Shown: positions 54,246 through 61,716 of the stretch, piece after piece
Layout of the letters: every line of letters starts with the position of its first letter
How positions within the stretch are numbered: the stretch's first letter is position 1
Assembly: GCA_002687795.1 (NCBI GenBank)
Contig: NZBG01000003.1
Span: 24,557-88,556, forward strand
DNA length: 64,000 nt
DNA from: Candidatus Woesearchaeota archaeon
GTDB lineage: Archaea; Nanobdellota; Nanobdellia; Woesearchaeales; GCA-2687795
Direction: 5' to 3'
Position numbers and translations under genes: made by a program
The notes under the pieces: generated by a model
The model's database searches: none
What the model saw: only the letters and a program-made list of their open reading frames with translations
What the model was told of the DNA's origin: nothing

Positions 54246-54422
54246 ATGGGAGACAATAAAGTCAGGATGCCCTCCTCAATGGGAGGACTTACAAGATACT
54301 TTGAAGACTATAAAAGCAAGATAACATTCAAGCCAGGGCATATAATAGTGTTGGTGGTAGTGGTAATCGTCGTAATGATAATTCTGCATACGCAGGGGTA
54401 TGCTTTGTTAGGTCTAAGGTGA
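54246..54422 (+). CDS. preprotein translocase subunit Sec61-beta (archaeal SecG)
   Basis: 58 aa: MGDNKVRMPSSMGGLTRYFEDYKSKITFKPGHIIVLVVVVIVVMIILHTQGY.... It matches the SxaGLxRYfxe...kP pattern plus a C-terminal TM. Below the ORF-track size cutoff. Confidence 0.7.
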   Translation: MGDNKVRMPSSMGGLTRYFEDYKSKITFKPGHIIVLVVVVIVVMIILHTQGYALLGLR

Positions 54423-54426
54423 GAAT

Positions 54427-54768
54427 ATGTTTCCAGGAATGAACCCAAGAAAGATGCAGCAGATGATGAAAAGGATGGGCATTGCCCAGGTAGAGGTTCC
54501 TGCTAACGAAGTTATTATCAAACAGGACGACAAAGAGATCGTGATAAGCGACCCTCAGGTCAGCAAGGTTAACATGATGGGCCAGGAAACTTTTCAGGTT
54601 GTGGGAACTATTAATGAAAGAGCTATTTCTACAACACCTGAAATAAACGAAGACGACATAAAAACAGTAATGGAACAGACAGGCGCTGACAAAGAAAAGG
54701 TAAAAGAAGTTCTTGAAGAGACTAAAGGGGATTTGGCTGAGGCTATTATTAAATTAAAAGAAGAATAA
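54427..54768 (+). CDS. nac: nascent polypeptide-associated complex protein (NAC + UBA)
   Basis: NPRKMQQMMKRMGI, a NAC beta-core, and a C-terminal UBA-like EVLEETKGDLAEAIIKL. Confidence 0.85.
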   Translation: MFPGMNPRKMQQMMKRMGIAQVEVPANEVIIKQDDKEIVISDPQVSKVNMMGQETFQVVGTINERAISTTPEINEDDIKTVMEQTGADKEKVKEVLEETKGDLAEAIIKLKEE

Positions 54769-54772
54769 AAAA

Positions 54773-54874
54773 TGGGCCTGACCGGATTTGAACCGGTGAT
54801 CCCCGCCAAGTCAAGGCGATGTCATAGCTTCTAGTTGCAAAGCAAGGCTTTACCAATCACTAGACCACAGGCCC
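54773..54874 (-). tRNA. tRNA-Val (GAC) with ~26-nt D-loop intron
   Basis: Reverse complement: GGGCCTG TG GTCT AGTGATTGGTA[AAAGCCTTGCTTTGCAACTAGAAGCT] TGAC A TCGCC TTGACTT GGCGG GGATC ACCGG TTCAAAT CCGGT CAGGCCC A. U37 is unusual, so the anticodon call is less certain than the gene call. Confidence 0.7.
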
Positions 54875-54943
54875 TTATATGCATGGATAATTGATTTAAT
54901 ATATAAAAATAACGTAATAATTAAATAGAAAAGATAATTCCTT

Positions 54944-55330
54944 ATGATTATGGCAAAGAAAATTATTCCAAATCCTGGAGCTTTACCTTTTTCAAAAGCA
55001 ATTGTTTATGATTCTAAGTATGTGATGGAGCTTTCCGGGCAGGTAGGGCTTAACCCTGAAACAGGTAAATTAGCAGAAGGTATTGAAGAACAAACTAAGG
55101 CTACATTAGAAAATATAAAAGATGTTCTTAAAGAAGTTTCATGGAATCTGTCTAATATCGTTAAGGTAAGGATATTTCTTGCAGACATGAAAGATTATGC
55201 TAAGGTTAATGAAATCTATAGTAAATATTTCACTAAAGATTATCCTGCAAGGGTTGCGCTTGCAGTTAAAGATTTGCCATTAGGCGCATTGATTGAGATT
55301 GAATGCACTGCTGTTGGTGATTCAGCGTAA
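54944..55330 (+). CDS. ridA: RidA/YjgF-family enamine/imine deaminase
   Basis: ...YPARVALAVKDLPLGALIEIECTA C-terminal signature, and GQVG in the N-half. Confidence 0.85.
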   Translation: MIMAKKIIPNPGALPFSKAIVYDSKYVMELSGQVGLNPETGKLAEGIEEQTKATLENIKDVLKEVSWNLSNIVKVRIFLADMKDYAKVNEIYSKYFTKDYPARVALAVKDLPLGALIEIECTAVGDSA

Positions 55331-55362
55331 TTATTATATAATAATAAGTATTTCTTTGCTAT

Positions 55363-55881
55363 ATGAACAAAGACCTCAAGAAATATCTCATAATATCAGG
55401 AATAGCTCTGCTCTTTTTGCTCTTATTCAAAAAGATTATAGTAATCTCACTGCTTGTAATCTCAAGCTTTGTTATCAGTTATATAATAAACGCCTTTGGC
55501 CTAAAAGCAATCGGTCTGGAGCTGGTAACCCTATCAGCAGTCATCACAGGCAAGATATACGGCCCCTTAATGGGCTTTATCATTGCACTGGTATTAATCA
55601 CTTTCCACCTTATAATGTCAGGCTACCTTGATATATACATCCTATGGATCATTCCAAGCTATGCCTTAGTAGGGATCTTAGCAGGACTTTTCTCAGGATT
55701 CAGCATAACCCAGCTAGGCATAGCTCTCACAATATTGCTGAACTTCATTTACTTATTCTTCACCCTCATGTTTGCTGCCGGAAATCTAACCAAACTACTT
55801 CCTTATTCATTAAGCAATGTAATAATCAATATTATACTGTTCTCAACCATAGCTAAGCCTTTGGTTGGTTTTATTAGCTGA
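55363..55881 (+). CDS. hypothetical polytopic membrane protein
   Basis: 172 aa with about 5 hydrophobic helices. Family not recognised. Confidence 0.45.
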   Translation: MNKDLKKYLIISGIALLFLLLFKKIIVISLLVISSFVISYIINAFGLKAIGLELVTLSAVITGKIYGPLMGFIIALVLITFHLIMSGYLDIYILWIIPSYALVGILAGLFSGFSITQLGIALTILLNFIYLFFTLMFAAGNLTKLLPYSLSNVIINIILFSTIAKPLVGFIS

Positions 55882-55926
55882 TAAAAAACAAAACAATTAA
55901 ATAACTAAATTAAACAATCATCCCAA

Positions 55927-56103
55927 ATGAAAACAATGAAAAAAGACCCAATACCAAAAGACTTGTTTAACATCCTTGCATGTCCTATATGCAAAGCTGA
56001 CTTAACTTATAATAAAGACAAAACAGGCTTAGTCTGCGCTAAATGCAAGGCAAAGTATCCTATTAAAGAAGGTATTCCTATTTTGCTGCCTGCTGAAAAA
56101 TAG
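55927..56103 (+). CDS. Trm112-family zinc-ribbon protein
   Basis: 58 aa: ...LFNILACPICKADLTYNKDKTGLVCAKCKAKYPIKEGIPILLP. This is the Trm112/UPF0434 pattern. Below the ORF-track cutoff. Confidence 0.7.
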   Translation: MKTMKKDPIPKDLFNILACPICKADLTYNKDKTGLVCAKCKAKYPIKEGIPILLPAEK

Positions 56104-56117
56104 TGCCTTTTTCTGAC

Positions 56118-56150
56118 CCACTGGTCAATTTAATTTGACCAGTGGTTTTT
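56118..56150 (+). terminator. perfect 11-bp hairpin plus T5 after trm112
   Basis: CCACTGGTCAA (56118-28) pairs with TTGACCAGTGG (56135-45), followed by TTTTT. Confidence 0.5.
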
Positions 56151-56190
56151 GCCTCTACAAGCCCTGTAACCCTAAAATAATACCTTTTAG

Positions 56191-56204
56191 TTGACCACTG
56201 GTCA
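56191..56204. repeat. third copy of the TTGACCAnTGGTCA palindromic motif
   Basis: TTGACCACTGGTCA repeats both arms of the 56118-56145 hairpin. It lies about 25 nt upstream of a TATATAAA box (56227-56234). Confidence 0.5.
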
Positions 56205-56270
56205 CTGGACAGGTCCCCCCGCGAGGTATATAAACTAACTCTTCTTTCTTATTGGTTGAGGTGATTAAAA

Positions 56271-56399
56271 ATGCAAGACCTAAACCTAGGAAATGTGAAT
56301 AACAGGATATTTGGCTTTACAAAGCAGTTTGAAGATATTGACTTCAGAGAAATATCTGTTTATGAAGATGACTTTTTGGTTGGCAACTTAATGGTTTAA
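56271..56399 (+). CDS. 42-aa micro-ORF (MQDLNLGNVNNRIFGFTKQFEDIDFREISVYEDDFLVGNLMV)
   Basis: GAGGTGAT lies 5 nt upstream of the ATG and TATATAAA about 40 nt upstream. No homology recognised. Confidence 0.35.
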   Translation: MQDLNLGNVNNRIFGFTKQFEDIDFREISVYEDDFLVGNLMV

Positions 56400-56426
56400 T
56401 GCTGAATAGCTTCATATCAACCCTCC

Positions 56427-56464
56427 GTAATCTCGGGAGTTTCCTCTTTTGCTCCTGGGATTAC
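56427..56464 (+). ncRNA. 13-bp hairpin with two G-U pairs (plus-strand specific)
   Basis: GTAATCTCGGGAG (56427-39) pairs with CTCCTGGGATTAC (56452-64). The two wobble pairs would be A-C mismatches on the other strand. It sits between the two micro-ORFs. Confidence 0.4.
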
Positions 56465-56502
56465 TTCAAATAAAAAACCAATAAAAATCATGAGGTGATA
56501 AA

Positions 56503-56640
56503 ATGTTTTTAAAAGATTTGTTCAAAAAGAAACTGTTCATGGAATGGGATGATTATATGGAAAAGGTAAAGTTTATCGATGAATTCCTTTTCCAGCAGAA
56601 AGTGAGAAGGGATAATGTTAGGAACCTAGAGGTTACCTAA
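56503..56640 (+). CDS. 45-aa micro-ORF (MFLKDLFKKKLFMEWDDYMEKVKFIDEFLFQQKVRRDNVRNLEVT)
   Basis: GAGGTGAT lies 4 nt upstream of the ATG. The 3' end overlaps the convergent phosphoesterase gene by 15 nt. Confidence 0.35.
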   Translation: MFLKDLFKKKLFMEWDDYMEKVKFIDEFLFQQKVRRDNVRNLEVT

Positions 56641-57327
56641 CCTCCCAAACTTATACACTTTATCCCCAACAACAAACACTTCAAAGCCAGACAAATCCTG
56701 TTTCAGGTAAGGGCTCAACAAGCTCTCTTTAAGGACGTTTGTCCCTTCTGTCACAAGATTGAAAGAAGGCATTACAACAAGGTTTTTAACCTTAAACTTT
56801 CCCTTAAGAAAGCACTTGAAGAGCTCTCTTCTGGCAGCTTCAGTTATTCCAATCGCGGGATGTTCATGGCCAATGATTATAGTATTATAATCTAGCTTCT
56901 TCTCAAATATAGTATGGCCATGAACTATTAATATTTTATTTGTTAGATAATAATCTTTTACTTCAATATTTCTCTTAACCGCAATAGGCCCAATAACTGT
57001 ATCATGGTTCCCCTTTATCAGGACAATCTTCTCACAATGCTCAGCTAAGAAATCAAGCAGCCTCAAAGTAAGCCTCCATTCCTGTTCAGATATTGTCCCA
57101 AACTCATGCTTAATATCGCCATTAACAATAATCAGCTTAGGCTTAACCTTTGCAAGAATCTTCTTCAGCCTCTTAACCAGCTCATCAAACTGAAACCTTG
57201 GCACCAGCAGCCCCTGCTTATTCAAAGCCTCTTCAAAGCCTATATGGGTATCAGCAATAACCAAAGTCCTTTCCTTAGTAAGATACAGCCCCAAATCAAC
57301 TATTTCTATTCCTGGCAAAATGTTCAT
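56626..57327 (-). CDS. calcineurin-like metallophosphoesterase (Mre11/SbcD superfamily)
   Basis: IADTHIG, NGDIKHE, GNHD, VHGH and GHEHP motifs in canonical order. Confidence 0.8.
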   Translation of the reverse strand: MNILPGIEIVDLGLYLTKERTLVIADTHIGFEEALNKQGLLVPRFQFDELVKRLKKILAKVKPKLIIVNGDIKHEFGTISEQEWRLTLRLLDFLAEHCEKIVLIKGNHDTVIGPIAVKRNIEVKDYYLTNKILIVHGHTIFEKKLDYNTIIIGHEHPAIGITEAARRELFKCFLKGKFKVKNLVVMPSFNLVTEGTNVLKESLLSPYLKQDLSGFEVFVVGDKVYKFGRLGNL

Positions 57328-57440
57328 AAAAACAAGAAAATAAAGCGAAATATAAATAGATTGTTCCTCATAAAGCCTAAGTTGACAGTATGCACAAATA
57401 AAACTAAATGTTTATAAATAGCACTAAATACTCATCTATT

Positions 57441-58319
57441 ATGGAAATCAGAAACGTCCAGAGAACAGGGAATATGCACTATGTATACCTCCCCACGCTT
57501 TGGTGCAAGAAATACGATATATCTTCTAAATCCAAGGTTGGCCTTGAAACGATGAACGATGGCAGCCTGAACATATCCTCTTTCATTGTAAAAAGGCAGG
57601 ATAAATCTGTTAACCTGAACGTTCTTGAACATGACCAGGATGTGCTTATTAAGCTTGTTGTAGCATGCTATATCAACCCTACAAGATCCTTTAAGATCAA
57701 GCTGGGCAAGAAAATCAACATTCCTGAGTTTCTTAACCAAAAGGATATAACCAGTGGCCTTGAGTTTGTTGAGGTTGACGGCCTTAACATTACCTATGAA
57801 TCAAGCATGACTATCGACGAGCCTGATTCTTTGCTAAAGACACTGGTAAGAAAAGTAAAGAACCTCTTGGTTGTTATGATAAATGATTATAACATAAAAC
57901 TAATTAATAAATATGAGGAAGAGATTGACAAAAGCAAAACCCTGATTTACAAAGCAACAATCGGCGCGCTGAGTTTCCATGAAAAAAGTAATCTAAAACC
58001 CCTTGAGTTGCATTATATAGCGCTAATCTCAATGAATCTTGAAGAAATAGTTGACCATCTCAGGTTTGTGGACAAAAATGAAAAGGACTTTTTAAACAAT
58101 GTTCTTGGTATTACCAATAAGATCAAGCTTATCTTGGAAAACTTAAACGAATTTGATTACAAGCAGGTCTTAGAGCTCACGAAAGATATATTAAGGCTGG
58201 ACAATATAACAATCAAGGATGTCAGGACATATGACAAGAAAAGGGTTAAAGAGCATCTTGTCAACCTATCAGAGGTGTTGCTTGACTGGTCTGTTACAAA
58301 AGAGCTTGAAAAGACTTAA
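57441..58319 (+). CDS. AbrB/SpoVT-like DNA-binding domain fused to a PhoU-like helical domain (putative regulator)
   Basis: MEIRNVQRTGNMHYVYLPTLWCKKYDI... is a swapped-hairpin-like N-terminus, followed by a long helical region. The track start at 57408 is probably an extension. Confidence 0.5.
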   Translation: MEIRNVQRTGNMHYVYLPTLWCKKYDISSKSKVGLETMNDGSLNISSFIVKRQDKSVNLNVLEHDQDVLIKLVVACYINPTRSFKIKLGKKINIPEFLNQKDITSGLEFVEVDGLNITYESSMTIDEPDSLLKTLVRKVKNLLVVMINDYNIKLINKYEEEIDKSKTLIYKATIGALSFHEKSNLKPLELHYIALISMNLEEIVDHLRFVDKNEKDFLNNVLGITNKIKLILENLNEFDYKQVLELTKDILRLDNITIKDVRTYDKKRVKEHLVNLSEVLLDWSVTKELEKT

Positions 58320-58362
58320 GACAAGAAAAATATTTAAATGAGTTATTTTTATTCTATAAGAA

Positions 58363-59085
58363 ATGAGCGAAACTGAAGAACAAGGACATGGAAAGGTTCC
58401 AAGGCATATAGCTATAATTATGGATGGGAACAGAAGGTTCAGCAGGAAATTAATGCTCAAGCCCTGGAAAGGCCATGAATGGGGCGCTAAAAAGATTGAA
58501 GATGTGTTAAATTGGTGCAAAGAATATAATATCACAGAATTAACATTATACGCTTTCTCTGTTGAAAACTTTAACAGGCCAAAAAAAGAGTTTGACTTCT
58601 TAATGAAGCTATTCAAGGATAATTTTGACAAGCTGAAAGATGATAAAAGAATATATGAAAACGAGATAAGGATTAATATTCTTGGAAGAATATGGATGTT
58701 CCCCAAAGATGTCCAGGAGAAGATGCAGCAAATCATGGAAAAAACAAAAAACCATAAAAAATATACTGTAAACTTTGCAATGGCCTATGGCGGCAGGTCA
58801 GAGGTAGTTGATGCTGCTAAAAAGATAGCTGAGAAAGTAAAAGAAGGCAAGCTTGACATAAACCAGATCAATGAAGACACATTCTCTAAAAACCTGTACT
58901 TTGACCATGAGCCTGACTTGATAATAAGAACAGGCGGAGAAAAACGAACATCTAACTTCCTGGCATGGCAGGGCGCTTACTCTGAATACTTCTTCATTGA
59001 AAAAGTATGGCCGGAGTTTGAAAAAGAAGATTTTGTTATGGCTATTAATGAGTATTCTAAGAGGCAAAGAAGATTTGGTAAATAA
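58363..59085 (+). CDS. uppS: cis-prenyltransferase (undecaprenyl/dolichyl diphosphate synthase)
   Basis: PRHIAIIMDGNRRF, LTLYAFSVENFNRP, RTGGEKRTSNFLAWQ. Confidence 0.9.
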   Translation: MSETEEQGHGKVPRHIAIIMDGNRRFSRKLMLKPWKGHEWGAKKIEDVLNWCKEYNITELTLYAFSVENFNRPKKEFDFLMKLFKDNFDKLKDDKRIYENEIRINILGRIWMFPKDVQEKMQQIMEKTKNHKKYTVNFAMAYGGRSEVVDAAKKIAEKVKEGKLDINQINEDTFSKNLYFDHEPDLIIRTGGEKRTSNFLAWQGAYSEYFFIEKVWPEFEKEDFVMAINEYSKRQRRFGK

Positions 59086-59127
59086 TTGGTAAGTTTTATA
59101 TAATTCTATAACAGTTTTAAGAACTAA

Positions 59128-59721
59128 ATGAACATCGACATTGTTTTTCCCAATGGAAATGAAAAAAGTTTTATTGAACTAGCTGAAAAGCTGGGCTATA
59201 AAGGATTATGCTTTGTATGCAAGTCCAAGGGCTTTAACAGGAACTTCTTTGAAAAGTTAAGCCAAGAGAGTAGGATCAAGCTATCTTTTGCTCTGCTTGC
59301 AAAAGCTGATGAGCTCAGGAAAGCCAAAAAGCTCTCTGAAATTGTATTTGTCAAATCATCCGATAAGGATAGGAATGCAATAGAAAGAAATAAAGACTTT
59401 ATTCTATACGGCTTGGAATCAGGAGCCAGAAGAGACTTCATCCATCACAGAGCAGGCCTAAACCAGGTTATCTCTAAACTAGCTTACAAAAACAATGTAA
59501 AAATAGCATTTTCCTTCTCTGACATCTTAAACTCTGAAGGCGCAGAGAGGGCAAACATCATAGGAAGAATGATGCACAACATAAGGATGTGCAGGAAATA
59601 TAAGGTAAAAACATTCATTGCCTCCTTTGCTGAAGAGCCCTTCCAAATAAGATCAGCCCATGACTTAATGGCCTTCGGCAAAATTCTCGGCATGGATAAG
59701 CCTTCTTTGTTAACAACTTGA
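59128..59721 (+). CDS. RNase P protein component Rpp30 (Rnp3)
   Basis: ERANIIGRMMHNIRMCRKYKVKTFIASFAEEPFQIRSAHDLMAFGKILGM is collinear with Pyrococcus Rpp30 ([29 protein letters not shown]...) as I recall it. Confidence 0.8.
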   Translation: MNIDIVFPNGNEKSFIELAEKLGYKGLCFVCKSKGFNRNFFEKLSQESRIKLSFALLAKADELRKAKKLSEIVFVKSSDKDRNAIERNKDFILYGLESGARRDFIHHRAGLNQVISKLAYKNNVKIAFSFSDILNSEGAERANIIGRMMHNIRMCRKYKVKTFIASFAEEPFQIRSAHDLMAFGKILGMDKPSLLTT

Positions 59722-59765
59722 ATAATACGAAATCTTTTTATTCTAGACTAAAAATACTAAACACT

Positions 59766-60419
59766 ATGAACCTTTTTGCAATCATTCCCGCGCATAACGA
59801 AGGAAAAAACATTGGCAAAGTAATAGACAATGTTAAAGCCCATACCAAAAACATAATCGTAGTAGACGATGGAAGCACTGACAACACCTATAACACAGCC
59901 AAAGAGAAAGGGGTTATTCTTCTAAATCATATTGTCAATATGGGAAAAGGCTCTGCTATGAAGACTGGTTGTGAATACGCTATTAAACATGATGCTAAAC
60001 AAATAATCTTCATTGATGCTGACGGCCAGCATGATCCCTCAGAAATCCCCAGCTTTCTGGAGGCATTAAAGGATGTTGATATTGTCTTTGGCTACAGAAG
60101 AGATTATGAAAACATACCTTTTATCTTAAGGTTTGGTAACTGGTTTATTAATAAATCTGTCAAGTTTTTATACAACCTTGATTTAAAAGACACCCAAAAC
60201 GGCTACAGGGCATTCAACGCAGGAATCTATGAAAAGATAAAATGGAGAGCACTTGACTACAGCGTTGAATCAGAAATCATTGCTAATATTGGCAAGAACC
60301 ATCTTAAATACAGGGAAATACCCATAAAAACAATCTACAGCAGCAAATATAAAGGCACAACTGTTATAGATGGGATAAAGATTGTTATAAACATGATATT
60401 ATGGAAAATAGGAATGTAA
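59766..60419 (+). CDS. family 2 glycosyltransferase, dolichyl-phosphate sugar synthase-like
   Basis: Start reset to MNLFAIIPAHNEG. VVDDGSTDNT, and DADGQHDP (DxD). Confidence 0.8.
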   Translation: MNLFAIIPAHNEGKNIGKVIDNVKAHTKNIIVVDDGSTDNTYNTAKEKGVILLNHIVNMGKGSAMKTGCEYAIKHDAKQIIFIDADGQHDPSEIPSFLEALKDVDIVFGYRRDYENIPFILRFGNWFINKSVKFLYNLDLKDTQNGYRAFNAGIYEKIKWRALDYSVESEIIANIGKNHLKYREIPIKTIYSSKYKGTTVIDGIKIVINMILWKIGM

Positions 60420-60488
60420 AGTATTTTGTATATAACTTCTTCTAAATGACAAACAAACTTTAAATAACTAATCGGGAGTAATTAAAGC

Positions 60489-61667
60489 ATGTTCTCAAAG
60501 AGCCTGGCCTCTTTTGTTAAAGAACAGATAAAAGAGGGACATAATACAGGCAGCATAAAGAAATACCTAAAAAATTATGGGTATCATGAGACTGAAATAG
60601 AGGCAGCAATAAACTCTATCTACCAGAAAAAGGGCTTTGACTATAAAAAAATAGCAATAATAGCTGTTGTGGTTATTGTAATTATCCTTCTGGCTGTTTC
60701 TTTATTTTACCTCTTAAAGCCGGGAAAAAAAGAAACAAAGCCCGAGATGACTTTAAAAGTTGAGCTCACCAAGAAAGAGCTAATGCCTGGTGACACTCTA
60801 AAATTTAATGTTGATATATCAAGTTCAGGCGTAAAGAGGTATATCCTTAACATAGAAAACAGCATTCTCTACAAAAAAAATGTGATCTCAAAAAGCTCAG
60901 AAAAGATTCAATTCTCAAAAAGAAGCCTGACACAACAAAGCCTGGAACTGCATGACAAGCTAAAGCCAGGAGATTATGAGCTTGAAGTCAAAATTTATTA
61001 TGACAATAAGGTAAAAACCGCAACAAGTGCATTTAGGATTAAGGGAGAAACTGCCGAAGAAGAGACAACTCCGGAAGAAGGCCTGGAAAAAGAATGTCCC
61101 TTATCCTGCGATGACAGCAATGACTGCACAGAAGACAGCTGCGGAGAAGAAACAGGCTTTAAATGCTCAAACACCCTAATCATACCCTGTTGCGGCAATA
61201 ATCTCTGCGAAGGGGGGGAAACAGAAAGGAACTGCGAAACAGATTGCAAAAAGGATAAAGAGGTTAAGATAAAAGGGGAAGAGGCCTTTGAAGGCTTAAC
61301 CATCTGGGAGAAGATTCGTGAAATCGGGAACATAAGCATAACAAACCTCAAGTTCTCTGAAGAGTTCTGCAAAGGGGTAAAACAGGAAACATACAAAGAC
61401 CAATGCTTTCTCAATATTGCTGAAGCAAGAAAGGATATCACCTACTGTGAAAATATAATAAACAACAGGACAAATGGTAACTGCTACTTAGCTATTGCCC
61501 AATCAACCAAAGACAGCCAGCTCTGTGCAAAAATCATCATAACCAGAAGAGATTATTGTTATATGTCATTTGTAAAAGAGGAGGATTATAGCGTATGTCC
61601 TAGGCTTAACAACAAATATCTTAGGCAGTCATGCAACACTCTTAGTAATATAAATAGCAAAGAATAA
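60489..61667 (+). CDS. hypothetical single-pass membrane protein with Cys-rich extracellular region
   Basis: A small N-terminal cytoplasmic domain, one TM (IAIIAVVVIVIILLAVSLFYLL), then about 30 Cys in CxxxC/CC patterns. Confidence 0.5.
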   Translation: MFSKSLASFVKEQIKEGHNTGSIKKYLKNYGYHETEIEAAINSIYQKKGFDYKKIAIIAVVVIVIILLAVSLFYLLKPGKKETKPEMTLKVELTKKELMPGDTLKFNVDISSSGVKRYILNIENSILYKKNVISKSSEKIQFSKRSLTQQSLELHDKLKPGDYELEVKIYYDNKVKTATSAFRIKGETAEEETTPEEGLEKECPLSCDDSNDCTEDSCGEETGFKCSNTLIIPCCGNNLCEGGETERNCETDCKKDKEVKIKGEEAFEGLTIWEKIREIGNISITNLKFSEEFCKGVKQETYKDQCFLNIAEARKDITYCENIINNRTNGNCYLAIAQSTKDSQLCAKIIITRRDYCYMSFVKEEDYSVCPRLNNKYLRQSCNTLSNINSKE

Positions 61668-61716
61668 CTGATAATTTGCGAAAAATATATTATAATGAAT
61701 AATTTTCTTATTCTAA

